The notes beneath the pieces were generated by a model. It was not told where the DNA came from and did no database searches. It was given only the letters and a program-made list of their open reading frames with translations. This document shows, one piece after another, positions 43,001 to 55,417 of a stretch of DNA of 64,000 nucleotides. The position numbers were made by a program, and so were the translations under genes. Source of the stretch: Gonapodya sp. JEL0774 (taxonomy: Eukaryota); contig JADIIX010000100.1 of assembly GCA_027604505.1 (NCBI GenBank), positions 1 through 64,000 on the forward strand, written 5' to 3'. How positions within the stretch are numbered: the stretch's first letter is position 1; each line of letters begins with the position of its first letter.

Positions 43001-44327
43001 CCTTGCGTTCTGTAAGTTGAACAGACTTTGACGAGATTGATTTTGCTGAAATCATGTCCTTGACGAGGACTGCTAAATTTGAAGACTTGGTCGCCTTAGC
43101 TGGAGTACTCTGCTTCACTTCCATACTGGACGCATGAACACAGTTTCAAATCAGCACTGAACTCTCGAAGTCACAGACAACTCACAGTATGTCATTGAGT
43201 CGGTCAACTAGCGATGAGAAGTCAGGTCTTTGTGCTGGATCGTCGGCCCAGCAATCTCGCACCACAGATACGAGCTCTCCCGGCGCTCCAACCATCGGTT
43301 TGACATTGTCTGGCCGATAGTTCTTATCGACAATCAGTCTGTAAAGATCTTCACCCTCAGGGCCACCGGCGAACGGTCGGCTGTTCGTCCAAATCTTGTT
43401 GTGACAATGTCAACACGAAGACGTAGCGGAGGTGACCGGAGATTCACGAACCTGGTAACATGTGATGCCGAAGGCATAAACATCACCGGCTTTGTCCGAT
43501 ATCCCCGTAAGAAATCTCTCTGGTGGCATGTAAATGGCGGTACCAGGGAGGTCGACTAGGGCCAAAGCGGACCGGACCCGGGCAAATCCGAAGTCAGTAA
43601 TGAGACCTTGACCATTTGCGCCAACCAATACGTTTAGGCCTTTGAGGTCGGAGTGAATGATATCTCTGCTATGGAGGTACATCATTCCTTTTGCAATATC
43701 ACGCATCTTCATTGGTAACGTGTCATCATATTGGGCACGTGGGAGATGATAGAAGGAAAGAGGGTGAGTAGAAATCAGTTCATTTGAACGCATCCTAGTG
43801 ATCGCAAGAAGTGCGCTTACGAGCTCGATTTTCCGAATGGCGCCAACATTCGCGTTCTTCTTGAGGTAGTTCATGACATCACCTTCAAATGGTCCGATGT
43901 GTTATCAAATCCTCGTTCGGAAGTCTGCGACTCAGAAACAAGCGTGTACAATTCTCACCATTTTCCATGAACTCGCTCACCATGAAATAGTTGGATGAAT
44001 CCATGCAAGCGCCGAGGAGGAGAATCACATGAGGATGTCTCAATTTATTCCAAACGTTCACCTCCTCCATGAAATCCTTTGAGGAGGAAAGCATAGAGAA
44101 CAGGCATTCATTCATTAATCAAACGGTATCTTCACCTTTCTCAAGTCCTCCGTGAGTGAACTGCCCAGAAGTTTCTTCACCGCAACAGTCACCGTCTGCC
44201 ATGATCCCACGTACACTTCGCCATAACCACCTTCGGCGAGCCTCTTCTTCAATTCAACCTCTGTTTCCGAGATTTTCCAATCAATCGATTCATCCGGTAA
44301 CAGAGATGCCGTGGCTGAGCTTAACAT
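40094..44327 (-). CDS. TKL-type protein kinase fused to VIT and vWA domains (VWA5A-like) with acidic tandem-repeat tail; both ends uncertain
   Basis: Kinase: LAEGGYGEVY, VAVKKL, HSDLKGLN, DFG, YMPPE, DVYAFG, CWADDPAQRPDF. VIT: LEASYRFPIEEGAAINGFEAEVDG. vWA: LVDRSGSM, FNVIGFGS. Downstream YGIATRYTSYVAI splices in frame to the repeats. Confidence 0.8.
40207..40511 (-). repeat. Coding tandem repeat, 81-bp unit (27 aa PSNQSGDGDLPGGGLFDDDDYPSNDFV), about 3.8 copies
   Basis: ttcgaagg recurs at 40260, 40341 and 40422; near-identical units. Confidence 0.95.
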
Positions 44328-44455
44328 CGAGGGAGAGGTCACAGGGGGAGAGATTGATCTCAGTTTGTGCACACCTGACAATAACAATATATGTGAGATG
44401 GCTGTGGGGGGTCCTGGGTACCCATTTTAAAAGCGTCCATTCTTCCATCACTACA

Positions 44456-45746
44456 ATGGCTTCGGCGTATCCTGCTCGACTTCTGATCGTGCTTCTACTC
44501 GCCAGTCTGGTGCCATTCGCGAATGTCCTGGCTCAAAATGCAACCGAGTCGACAACCACCTCCGTGCCCACGTCCTTGCCCACGGCCTTGCTCACCCCGA
44601 TTTACACTCCGGTTATTCTCAATTATACTCCCACTGGTGACACTAGTGAGTGGAGAAGGGTGGTGGCGGATCAGATGATTCGTTCTGCTCGTTCCCTATC
44701 GTTGATTCTACAACTGAGTTGCATTTCTCCTCTCTCCATCGCACAGAATCACGTGTGCAAGTTTCGGCCAAGGATTACCCTAACATCGCCCTCATCTCCA
44801 TCAAGGGTGACTCCACAGTCACCTGTACTGGAATCCTTGTGCAGGCCAAGCCCATTCCTGTGATGTTAACGGCAGCACATTGCGCCAACGACAACACCAG
44901 ACTGAAATCAGCAATCTCGGTCGTCATGGGAATTGATGACGAGGCGCAATTCAAACAGTGCGACACGACGTGGGTACTTCAGCCGTTGTAGATTCGGGTG
45001 CCCACTAACCCCCTTCTATTGCCCACGCATCCTCGAACACATGGATCACGTGTTTTCAATTCATGCTCGTATACCTTCTACCTCTCCTTTTCCACTGCTT
45101 CTGCACCCTCCCATGTCAATGTCGTGGTTGATTCATCCTGAAAACCAGTTCTCTGCCGTTATGCCGCAAGTTTCGAACCCTCAAGATTATCAACCACGAC
45201 ATGTATGGCATCCCAAAGTGCGATCCCAAGGGAAAAGTTGATACTATGGGGTACGATGTGTCACTTTGGGTTCTCGCGCCAAAGGACAGGACTCGGCCGA
45301 TAACCCTCGACGCCAATGTGCTGAAGATCAACAGCAAAGAGTCTTTCCCACCCGAGAACGAGCCGTTCAATGACTTGGCGATCGGCTGGGGACTTATTAA
45401 CGTCGGAAATGCAGAGATAACAAAATCTGCCACTACGTCCTACCTGCACAAAAGCGAATTGCGCTCCGAAAGCATCGGAGTATGTGAGAAAAAGTACCAC
45501 CTTTGTGACGGTACGCGCTCGAGGTTTGCATGCGTCGGTGGCAGTTCGTCGACCTGTAATGGTGACTCGGGGGGCCCACACTACTACAAGAAAACCATCT
45601 GGGCCATAACAAGCTTTGGATCGGCTACGTGCGGTGACTCTCAGCCAGGGGTGGTTCTTAGAACGAGCGGATTCTACAATTGGATGGAGATAACTCTCAA
45701 GAAGGTTAACAGCAACGCAAGCTACCTTGCCGCACAGAAACCGTAG
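44456..45746 (+). CDS. Secreted trypsin-family (S1) serine protease
   Basis: Signal peptide MASAYPARLLIVLLLASLVPFANVLA and a Thr/Pro-rich stretch, then catalytic motifs LTAAHC, YDVSL, GWG, CNGDSGGP and ITSFGS. Confidence 0.9.
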
Positions 45747-46375
45747 CGACGCATGTGCACCTCTGGTGGTCTCAGTCATGGGTGAAGGGGAGGACGGATC
45801 GATGGAAGACTCTGTAACTTTGTCGTGGCGCAATAGATTCTGTAATCTCCTTGTAGTTCTAAGATTTAAGGGGGGGAGCGAGCCGACAGAAGGGGGGAGT
45901 GGGGGGAGTGCGCGCAAGAAGTTGAAACTAGTGGAAGGGGTGAATATGTGATTCGTATAGCATCGCTTGATAATGATGTATATTATTATTTCAAATTTGC
46001 ACTTCACGTTCCACCTCATCTTCTTCCGAGGAACCCTCAGAACCCCTTGCCATCCAAATTGTCCAAATACGAGAATTAGGGGTTGGGAGAGTCAGAAGTA
46101 TTATTGGAGAAAGTCTCATGGACAGCTGCTGTCCCTTATCCGCCGGCCCCAAATATTTATTCATCTTATTTTTCCCTATTACTTGCTTGGAACCACAGAA
46201 TATTTCTGTGCGTTGATTGAAGAGGAGGACGTGCAAGAGAAGGTGGAGTCAGAGCGAGGTCACGTGGTTTGCGATGCTGTGCCACAAAACGCAAATTTTC
46301 AATACCTCATCGCGTGCTGGAACCTTCTGCAAACAACCAATTCGCTTCAAACCCTCCCGGACCAAAGTCCAAAGG

Positions 46376-46864
46376 TCACCTCCAACCAACAAGAACATTC
46401 CAAGGCACGTCCGAATGTCCTTTTCCACTGCCTTTTGTCTCTTCATCCTGCACCACTGCCGCATCGCCGCACCATCGCTCAATCACCGGATTTTGGTGTA
46501 GAGCTTCGCTACGACACACACTCCTCACTTTCGTGATGAAGTTGGCCGATGATGCATGGAAGAAAGATAAGTGTCGAGACAATTGAGCGCAGCAGGGTGG
46601 AATTCGGCTACGGGCTTGCAACTTGGAACATGGCAGGTTGTTTGAAGGGGGCGCCTGCCATTCGGTCTGCCTCGTGCAGGGGTTCGGCAGTCACGTGCCC
46701 TGACAGGACGATTGCCGGTTCTGTGGCGTCCAGCCGGCGGCGGAGAGTTTGCTCCAGGGGTTTCCCAGCCGTAGTTGCAAGTGTGGCTTTGGATTCCGGA
46801 AGGCCTGCTCTGCTTGGTTCTCTTTGTGTACTTTCCGGCTGAGTCGGTTCTTCTTTTACACCTT
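46376..46864 (-). other. Open exon-like segment of an unidentified, possibly degenerate minus-strand gene
   Basis: Stop-free about 160 codons after a ctag acceptor (EGVKEEPTQPESTQREPS...); no recognisable domain. Confidence 0.25.
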
Positions 46865-48611
46865 CTAGGTCAGTGCCGTGAATAAGGAAGCGTGAAGCAG
46901 ATTGTGCCGGCGTCGAGTCTTGGCTGATGTGCGGTGTTCACACTGGCGGCGAAAGGGAAGGCGGTATGCACAGGTGAGTGAGAAGCATGGATTTCGGACT
47001 AACGGAATTTTCCGCACTTGAACGGTTACAAATCTATGCAAGGGTGAGTGACAATTCTCCACTCGCGTGAACTCAACCCCATTGTGATTGATTATAGTTC
47101 ATGTTTTCGCTTTACCATAGCGTTTACATATTCTACCATCTGCTGACGTTCAAGATTGGAGAAGTAGGCCCATGAACCTGATCTTCCACGTACAAATTGT
47201 TTCCACATCACAAAACAAATGCAAGCGGTGGGGGTCCTTCGTACCACTTTCAGCAAGCTCTGTCCTTGATTTCATGTGAACGTGGGATGACTCTAGCGTG
47301 ACGAGACTCCATTGGCGTGCCAGTCTGAAGGGAGCCTGTTGATTACTCAAACGCAAGCTTTTGTGGAGATTTGTGCGGGGAAATGCAAAGAGCTGGGAAA
47401 AAGGAGGGGAAGACAAGATATGAGCAGGGCACACCGTCCCAGCGAGCTTGGACCTACCATGTTGTCTTGCCGATAACTACATACTTGATCGCAGATTAAG
47501 ATGCCCCCGGATGATGCACACTCGAAATTTCAAGAGGATATTCCCCAAAGTCAGACACAGATGAAGGAAGCTGACAATGACTCGGACGGCACGCATACTT
47601 TTTAGTGTTAAACGCAACATCCCCTTCACTGCATTCATTCCCACTGTAACCATCGAAGGCCTTGAAATAATGTTCACCAAGGGACCCGTGCCCGTCAACT
47701 TCTGCGGGGGTTCAATGACGGACAAACTTGCCTTGCTTAAAGTCGCAGGTTGTTTGAGAGGGGTGCATGTCGGAGTTTATGCTTCTTATAATTATGGAGG
47801 TCTTTGTATTTCTTTCCGATCTCTGTCACTTTTGCGAATTAGGACTTAGAGTATCAGTCGTTTGGGTGAATCCTGGGGGTGGGAGAGTGTGTGGGAACTT
47901 ACGCCATATGCGCATTTCCAACACTGTCGAAGGTCATGAAGCGGGCTCACGCTAGCGATCCGGAAGGACCATCAAAGAAATTCAAGATCGATACAAATAA
48001 GTTCGTAACCAACTGATGTCCCTCCTCCCACATTACTTTCAGCATGAAAGTCGCCTGTTGTAGTCAAATCGCATCCCTCTCAGAATCCGCGGAACCTCTG
48101 GAATCCGCCTCCTCATCTTCCTCGTGAGCGTTGCTGCTATCTGGCTGTTACGGGATGCCTGAAAGGGGTCAGGGATAAGTTGCTGAACGCGACATTATCG
48201 TGATTCATGACTCTTAGGACTGAAAGCAACCACGATTCACTCGCATCTGAGGGTAGCCAGGTCCTTGTAGCTCGCAACTCTGAGAATTTACCAATGAGAA
48301 CCATACGAGCCGGTCAGATTACCTGGTGCATTGTGTATGATCTGTGTTTCTTTACAAAGACTTTTCTCACAATCTTCGTGTTATCAGCCAAGTTCCAAAT
48401 GCCTTGTTTCCCTTTGAGATACGAGATGTTAAGCAGTTTGTTCATGTTGTTGCACTTGACTATTTCAGGCTGTTCAATGGCGAGCGGTCGAAGGTCAAAG
48501 TTTAGAAAGATTTTTGGCGACTGTTGTTAGTCATTTGCAATCTACTGAGATCGCTCTGCCATTGTAATGATTCCGTTTTGTTGATCTCTAACACCGCTAT
48601 GCAATTTTAGG

Positions 48612-49772
48612 GATTCCCAAGCGTTTGAGACAGTCACTTTTGCAGAGCCGGCAACTATGCAAAATGGTAGTGGCTGGATTCTTCAAGGGGCAGACTTTAA
48701 TCGACCGTACTGCCTCGGCATTGCTCAACTGGTAGCCTTCGGGCTTATCGAAACATTTTTCCCGAACATAATAGACAAGAATGGAGGACTCTGGGATAAC
48801 TTTACTGGACAGGAATTGGACATGGTCGTGGATACTATCGATGAACTATTGCGCGAGTAAGAGTTGCTCATTTTAATTGCTGTGTTAACACCACGCTTCC
48901 CCACATCTCCCAACAAATCACGTTTCCGTTTGAATAGATTCTTGTTGGACGACTTTGAGCGACACCGCTCAACTGGTTTAACGACCCAAATCCAGCAAAC
49001 GGGACTGTATGCTCATGGTGACTGTACTGGAGCTAATCGCAACAGGGTGCTGCTTCAAGCTCAAAGATTGTATCCTATTGATAAGTATATATTTCCTGGA
49101 AATAGGAAAATGCTCGATTTGGAGGACATTGCTATCCAGGACTTTGAGAAAGTTATTGAAAAAGATGCGGACGAGAATGTTTTGACCGAAGAAACCTGTG
49201 TGAGCGTGGCCTTTTTCGCAGAAGACCAGCTCATAGCCTGGAATCCAGTAAAATTCGTCATTGTAAGACCTTAGTTTATTGCTTTTTGCTGCATTTTGTT
49301 TTCACTTCCTGTTTCTGTCTCAGTATGGTTGCGACTTTGGCAACACCGCCCTCGCAAACGCATTGTATCGCAAGTGGAAAGCAAAGTACAAAGACATGTA
49401 CCAAAAAAGCGAGTTCCCCAGGGCAATAGTATGATGGAGGGATGGTCAACGTGAAGCCTCATACAGGGATGAAAATGGAGTCTTCGTGAAGACTGCGTGG
49501 TCTGTGTTTTGAGACTTTTTTGCATTGTTATTTCAATGCTCTGATTTTTTCATTTTTTTCTTCCAAATGGTATAAGGATCCCGGCTGAACTCATCATGGA
49601 TGATATCCGTAGCCACTTCCCACAGGTGCATTTGCTCCTGCGGATTCTTCTGGACAGTAATGAGTACAGCAACGTCCAGTGTGAGTAGTCTTAATTTGTT
49701 ACCGTAAGATATCTGACAAACAGTTTCTTCATGGCAGCTGAGTTATTGGATGAAAATACGATCAGGTTGTAG
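48612..49772 (+). CDS. Hypothetical multi-exon protein, no recognised family; 5' end not defined
   Basis: Several protein-like open segments bounded by ag/gt sites (e.g. 48612-48856, 48938-~49200, 49577-49681). Confidence 0.4.
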
Positions 49773-50198
49773 TAGCGCCCTAGCATCATTTGGCTTCGCC
49801 GTCACTGCTGTGTCAACTGGATAACAATAATTTGCTGGTGTAGTGATTTACAATAATTATTCATCTTCATCTCTATCATCTTATATCACTTTTTCATGCC
49901 TTCACAATCACGTAACGAAGAAGGCCAGCCGATCAACAAGTCTTAAGTGGCTGCATATCACAGATCAGAAAGAAAGGACAAACCTGTGCTCTAGTTATCA
50001 ATTTTTCAAATACAAACAGCAGTGGGATTACACTCTCTCGACTAATGGAGTTGGGTTTTGGAGGGTCATTTTGTCTGTGGCCATTGTGAACGAGAAAGTG
50101 TGTGATCTGAATTGATTGCTGCAGTTCCCGCAATGGAAGCAACGTCAATCACTAAAAATGGGACAGTCATTGGAAAGTCTGCACAATCATCCCGCGCT

Positions 50199-51643
50199 AT
50201 GGACCCCAGACGGGACGGGAAAGTTGTCATGCTGAAGAAGAAGCGACCACTCAAGGCGCACTTGAGCGACGAGAGCAACGAAGACGGGAACAGTGGTTCG
50301 GCACAGGAAGGGGCTGTAGACAGCAACAGTAGCGATGGAGAGAATGACTTTCCTTCGAGGAAAAAGCTCAAAGCCAAGGTTAAGAAGGCAAAGGTGCTGG
50401 TTGAACCGGGTGCGTCTTCCAGCCATCCACGTTCGGTGCATCAGAACACTCAACTTACATTCCTGACGTGGGACGTCACACGTGCTGCCTTCCCCGATCT
50501 CTCCAGGAGCGAACGTTGCGAACGCAATAAACTCGATTCTGTCTCAGAAGACCGTTCCAATCGCAAAAGATGTAAGTTAGTCGTGACTTGTATGTGTTTT
50601 GAATTTATTTCTGAAGAGCACGTGGCGAGAGATCAAATGGAATTGACCCAGAAGCTGCAAATGAACGATTGTGCTGGAGTTCTTCTCCCAGACTTGAAGG
50701 GCCATCTAGTTCCATTCTGGATGGCATTGGCACTGTTCTCTTTATCATTTCAGCTGGATGTTGGTACTATGAGGAACTGGTGTCTAACGTGACTGTTTAT
50801 AACTCTCCCGCCCCGTCCCTTCCTTGATCATTCTAATCCGACCTCATTGACTCTGCCAGCGACCCATTCTCTCTGCCTTCCCGCACCTCGAACACCGCAT
50901 CGACGCCGCAAAAGCTGACGCCAAGGCCGCCCGCGCACTTGCGGCACAGAGGAAAGAGCGTAAGCTTATAGGACGAGTCACCGGAGTAGCACTAGCCACG
51001 GGAGATGAAGAGAAAAAGCTGAAGCGGATAGCAACACGAGGAGGTGAGTAGTTATTCCCTCTTTCTTTTCTTTTTATGACGAAGTACAACGTACGCGTGC
51101 ACGGAGTTGCGGGCAGGTAGGGGGCCAGCTCTCAAGAAAGCAACATCACAATCACCTCGTACGCGAATGTACTAAACAGCATCTGCTTAAAAATCCATTC
51201 TATCTACGTAGTTGTCAAGCTCTTCAATGCCATTCGTCAGGCTCAATCGAACGCTCCCCAGGGAAACAGGTCCGCCGCCGATGCGGTAGAAGGAGATTCA
51301 AGTCAGTTTGTTCACAGTTTACATGTCCATTTCGGACGGTGTAATATTGTTCCCGTGGCATCTGACTGCATATGTTTCTGGTCTCTCCCCAGAACACATC
51401 TCCCGGTCTGCTTTCCTCGCCCTCCTGGGTGGACCCGCCACTTCGAACACACTCGCCTCCACGACCTCCAACAATTCCTCTCGCGCACCCACCACCTCTT
51501 CTGCCGCTGCAGCAGCAGCAGGCGTCAAAGAAGAACGATGGTCAGTTTTCCGTGACGAGCAAGCGCCGTCCTTCAAAGACTGGGACAAAGCTGCCGCAGT
51601 GGATGGTGAAGACGAGGAAGAGGAAGATGAAAGGGTGTATTGA
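50199..51643 (+). CDS. RRP15: Ribosome biogenesis protein Rrp15
   Basis: EEKKLKRIATRGVVKLFNAIRQAQ, ISRSAFLALL and WSVFRDE..KDWD; charged N-terminus. Confidence 0.9.
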
Positions 51644-51879
51644 TTAGCGGATTGTGTGACGGGATGGGGGGGCGCGTTCATTATCTGGAAATGGCACTCA
51701 TTTGATGCGTGCTCGGCGATGCCGTTCTGACGAGTAATTAGATCGATACACTATACCATCATGATGTTACCGAAAGATATCGTACATGTAATTCCGAGGA
51801 ATAGACCGCTGAGCTCCTCCCTTCACGCTCTCGGTGGCCCCTTTGAGGTACCACCTTTCGTTGAATGTAGATCGCGATG

Positions 51880-54800
51880 TTAGGAATGCGTCATTTGCCG
51901 CAAAGTGAAAGCCCCCATAGATACGAACCGGCTCATGAAAGACCTGTGGGCGTCTTCGGCACGCGCCAAGTGATCTCGAATGCCTGTACCAACATCAAAA
52001 TCGTGTTTCGACGGACCTTGGCGCAAACAAAAACATTAACCCACGCACAACCAAATAACGCTCACAAAGCTTCGTGAACTTCTGAACTCACCGGCCACTA
52101 CATCCCCCCTCGTGCTTCCTCCATCATCCTCATCCCATTCCCCAAAAACGTCGTCTACATCTCTTTCGTTTCCCACCCACCGCATCTTAATCGGATCAAA
52201 AGTCATTTTCCCGACAACGACCGACCCTCCGGCAGTTCCAGTCGTCGCTGATGTGGCTCCAGGGAGACCGAGATTGGATATCAAAGCGGGTCTAGTTGGT
52301 GACGGGACATCAAAGTCTCGGAGGTCATCTTCGTTCCCGTCCCATTTGGAGAGTGTGGGATTCCAGATCATAGACGTGGAAGCAGAGTGCATAGCTTGGA
52401 GAACGGGTCGTGTTCGGTTTGGAAACATCGAAATTCATAGTGACCATCGGCCGAGACTACCTACCCATAATTTTGTTTGTACTTTTGCCCATTTGCGCAA
52501 TAAGAGTGGGCTTCTTCGCCAGTTTGTTCTGTGCACGGTATTATCAAGAGCGAGTGTCAGATCGATGGCTGGACATAATCAAATGGTCCAGCATTTCACC
52601 TGGCCAGACTTCTTTCCAGGAGGTGTCCGTAGTGGGAATGGTTGCAAGGCTTTGGGACCTGTTTTAAAACGAGCGAATTCTGTAAGCAATCATATTCTGG
52701 CATCCCCTCCAACAACAAACCTGGAGTTGCAGTAGTTCTCCCTTTAGGCAATTCCATTTTCTTTCCTGTTGAAGGTGCACCACTGTTCTTTGTAGCATGT
52801 ATTCTTCCTGCCGGAGCAGGCGATCCAGCCGAGCTCCTAGCCATTTCCCTCACATCAAAACCTTCTATCCCATCCAGCTCTGTACCATCTCCGTAAGTCT
52901 TCTTTGTAACCAGGGCTTTCTTGGCCGGTTGAATCATTGGAAGACGAATGTGTTGTGAGGCAGAAGGGGTAGTGGCCCGAGTGGAGATTATTTTCTGCAA
53001 GAAATTGTGAGCATCAGAACGTTCGGCTCATAGAATTTTCCCGTTGACGCGTGGGAAAGTGCTCACAGCGGGTGAGGGTAAATGGCTTGGAGCTCCAGGA
53101 GTTGCGAGGCTTGCCCTGCTCACGGAACCCATATGGGGCTTCTGCGGGGTCAAAGGATTGCCGGCTGTGCTAGACTCTGCAACATTACCATGCATTACCC
53201 CTCTCGATGCGGAACCCCCGCTGACTCGATATACTCCATTATCACGGATGCTTCCTCCTCCTCCTCTAGTCGCCCCAAGACCCTGCATGTGCTTGTGAAA
53301 CTCTGCTGGTGATATCGCGGTTACTTTAATCTCGAGAACTTTGTCAGCTGGAATGTCCAGTCCACCCATCGGATCGTCGTCCTCTTCATCTTCTGTACCC
53401 ATCCGTCCAGCCACCTGCACAACCCCGAGCCTACCTATACCATTATTTAAAGGAGCCCGCTCCTGATCTCGTCTATTTTTCAATGGTCCAGCGAGGAGTA
53501 CCTCCAGGGAGTCAGGAAACTCAATGTCATCTTCAATTCCAGCATCACCTTCTCCGTCTGATCCCAGAATACTTGTTCCGAGACTGGGGCATGGGCTCGC
53601 AAGAAGACGTCGCAAGTTGCTACCAAATTGTACTCGGTCCAAGCGCGGGTGAGAGACTTCAAGGGGCCCCGTGCCTGTCGAAACTGGGTCACCGTCCGAT
53701 AGCTCAAGACTGTCAGGGAAGACGACACGAGATGATTGATGTGGTAAGGCAAGCTCAACTGAGTGTCCCGCATTAGCCGTGTTCTGGGTCGTCGGTAGGG
53801 ATAGTGGATCTTGCGATGCCGGAGATATTGAAGGTGCTGATCCCAATTCCTGACGGACATAAGTCCTGCCGCATTCATCTAGTTCCGCGATTGTTGCGAG
53901 CTCCCTGCTAGCTGCACGTATAAAGCTACTCGAGGAGATGGAGAGTACGCTCTGTGGTTCTGCCAGTGTGGCACTTGATTCGCTTCGCTCACGCCCAATG
54001 TTGGGCGCGACGGCGCTCACGTCGGAGTCAGTTTCAAAGGCGTCAGACAGGGAGTCAGCAAATGAGGTGCGTTTGACGAGAATACCTTTGCGAGGCGATG
54101 AATTGTGCGAAGACTTGAGGGACGAGGAAGAAGGTTGCTTGGGCAGAGCGAGCCGTGACAGCGGTCTCTCTCCCCCCAAAGAGCAGCTGAGTCGAACACT
54201 TTCATCAAAATCAAGACTCCAGTCGTCCGGCTGCACTGCAGATGCCCTTCGTGATCTCCTCTTGTCGGGAGAGGACTCAAGAACCAGAGTAGACGGCGCG
54301 ACTTGATGTACGTTCTGATTTAATGAGTGATGTGATATATCTGATTGAGTCGAATTGATGCGTCGCATAGGGCGAGGCACGAGGGTAGCTGTGAAAGCAA
54401 GTTTGTTGTGATTTAGTTCACGTCGAAAAAACCAACACTTTCACACCTGCAGAACTCTGTACGAGGCTCATCCGTGACAAACCCTGTTTGCTGCTTGGAT
54501 CATAGAGACTATCTAAGTCACCGAGTAATGATTTTGCGCCGTGTCCGGACTCGCCAATATTCATCCCGTTGTTCGAGGTTTCCTTAAAGCTGTTGGAACG
54601 GGAGAGGAGGACACTCCTAGGCTCACTAAAATCAGAAGCCGGAAGGCTCTCGCGGCTCTCACGACTCCGCGAGCTGCTCTTCGTTGTTGCCTGTGGCCTG
54701 GCAAGGGCGAGGGACGAGGAGGAGGTGGAAAGCGGTGTTTCATTCAAGAGTGCTGGCGGTGCTTCAGGATCAGAATAATCTGGCAGTTCAAATTCCTGTC

Positions 54801-55134
54801 CCCAATCGTCGTCGAAAGATTCCTGGAAAGCTGCAAGAGAGTTGGATGCTGGCGCTTCAACGTCCTTTCGAAACGAACCCCACGCCGTTCGTAGGGCAGT
54901 CGACTGAGGAATTCCAGCGAGACGCACGAGACCAGATATTTGGGAGAGTTCGTCCAGACGTACCGCTGCGCCAGCTCCTTCGCCCCTTCCGAGTTGTGGG
55001 GCACTCTGTGACAAGAGGTCCGCACAAGTCTCCACATCATCCGCATCTCCATAATCAATCCATTCTTGCATCTCCGTCCTATAGCGGTCCTGCATGTGAA
55101 TTGCCGCGATAGCGCTGGACGCAAGGAACGCCAT
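51880..55134 (-). CDS. BFA1: Byr4/Bfa1 two-component GAP scaffold (SIN/MEN)
   Basis: YGDGTELDGIE, MIWNPTLSKWDGNE..RPALISNL, VVGKMTFDPIKMRWVG and DFDVG; long disordered N-terminus. Confidence 0.85.
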
Positions 55135-55417
55135 TCTCTAGGTTCACACGGGCTTGGATCGAGAGTCCATACTGTTCATTTCCACCCCACAACAGCACGG
55201 GTTTAAAATCTGTGCAACCAATTTGCTTTACTATAATGGCGTTAAATGCGTCTATTATGTGCGTCAATACGTTTTCAAACTGTATCCTCTTCCCGCGCAC
55301 TTCATGAAAAAACACTACATAATCTCAACGGCGCAAGCGGGTCACAGCTGAACATCTATCACCACACGGAACAGATCAGAACTTTCTTCTCCGAGTGCGT
55401 ACTTGGTGACATATCGT

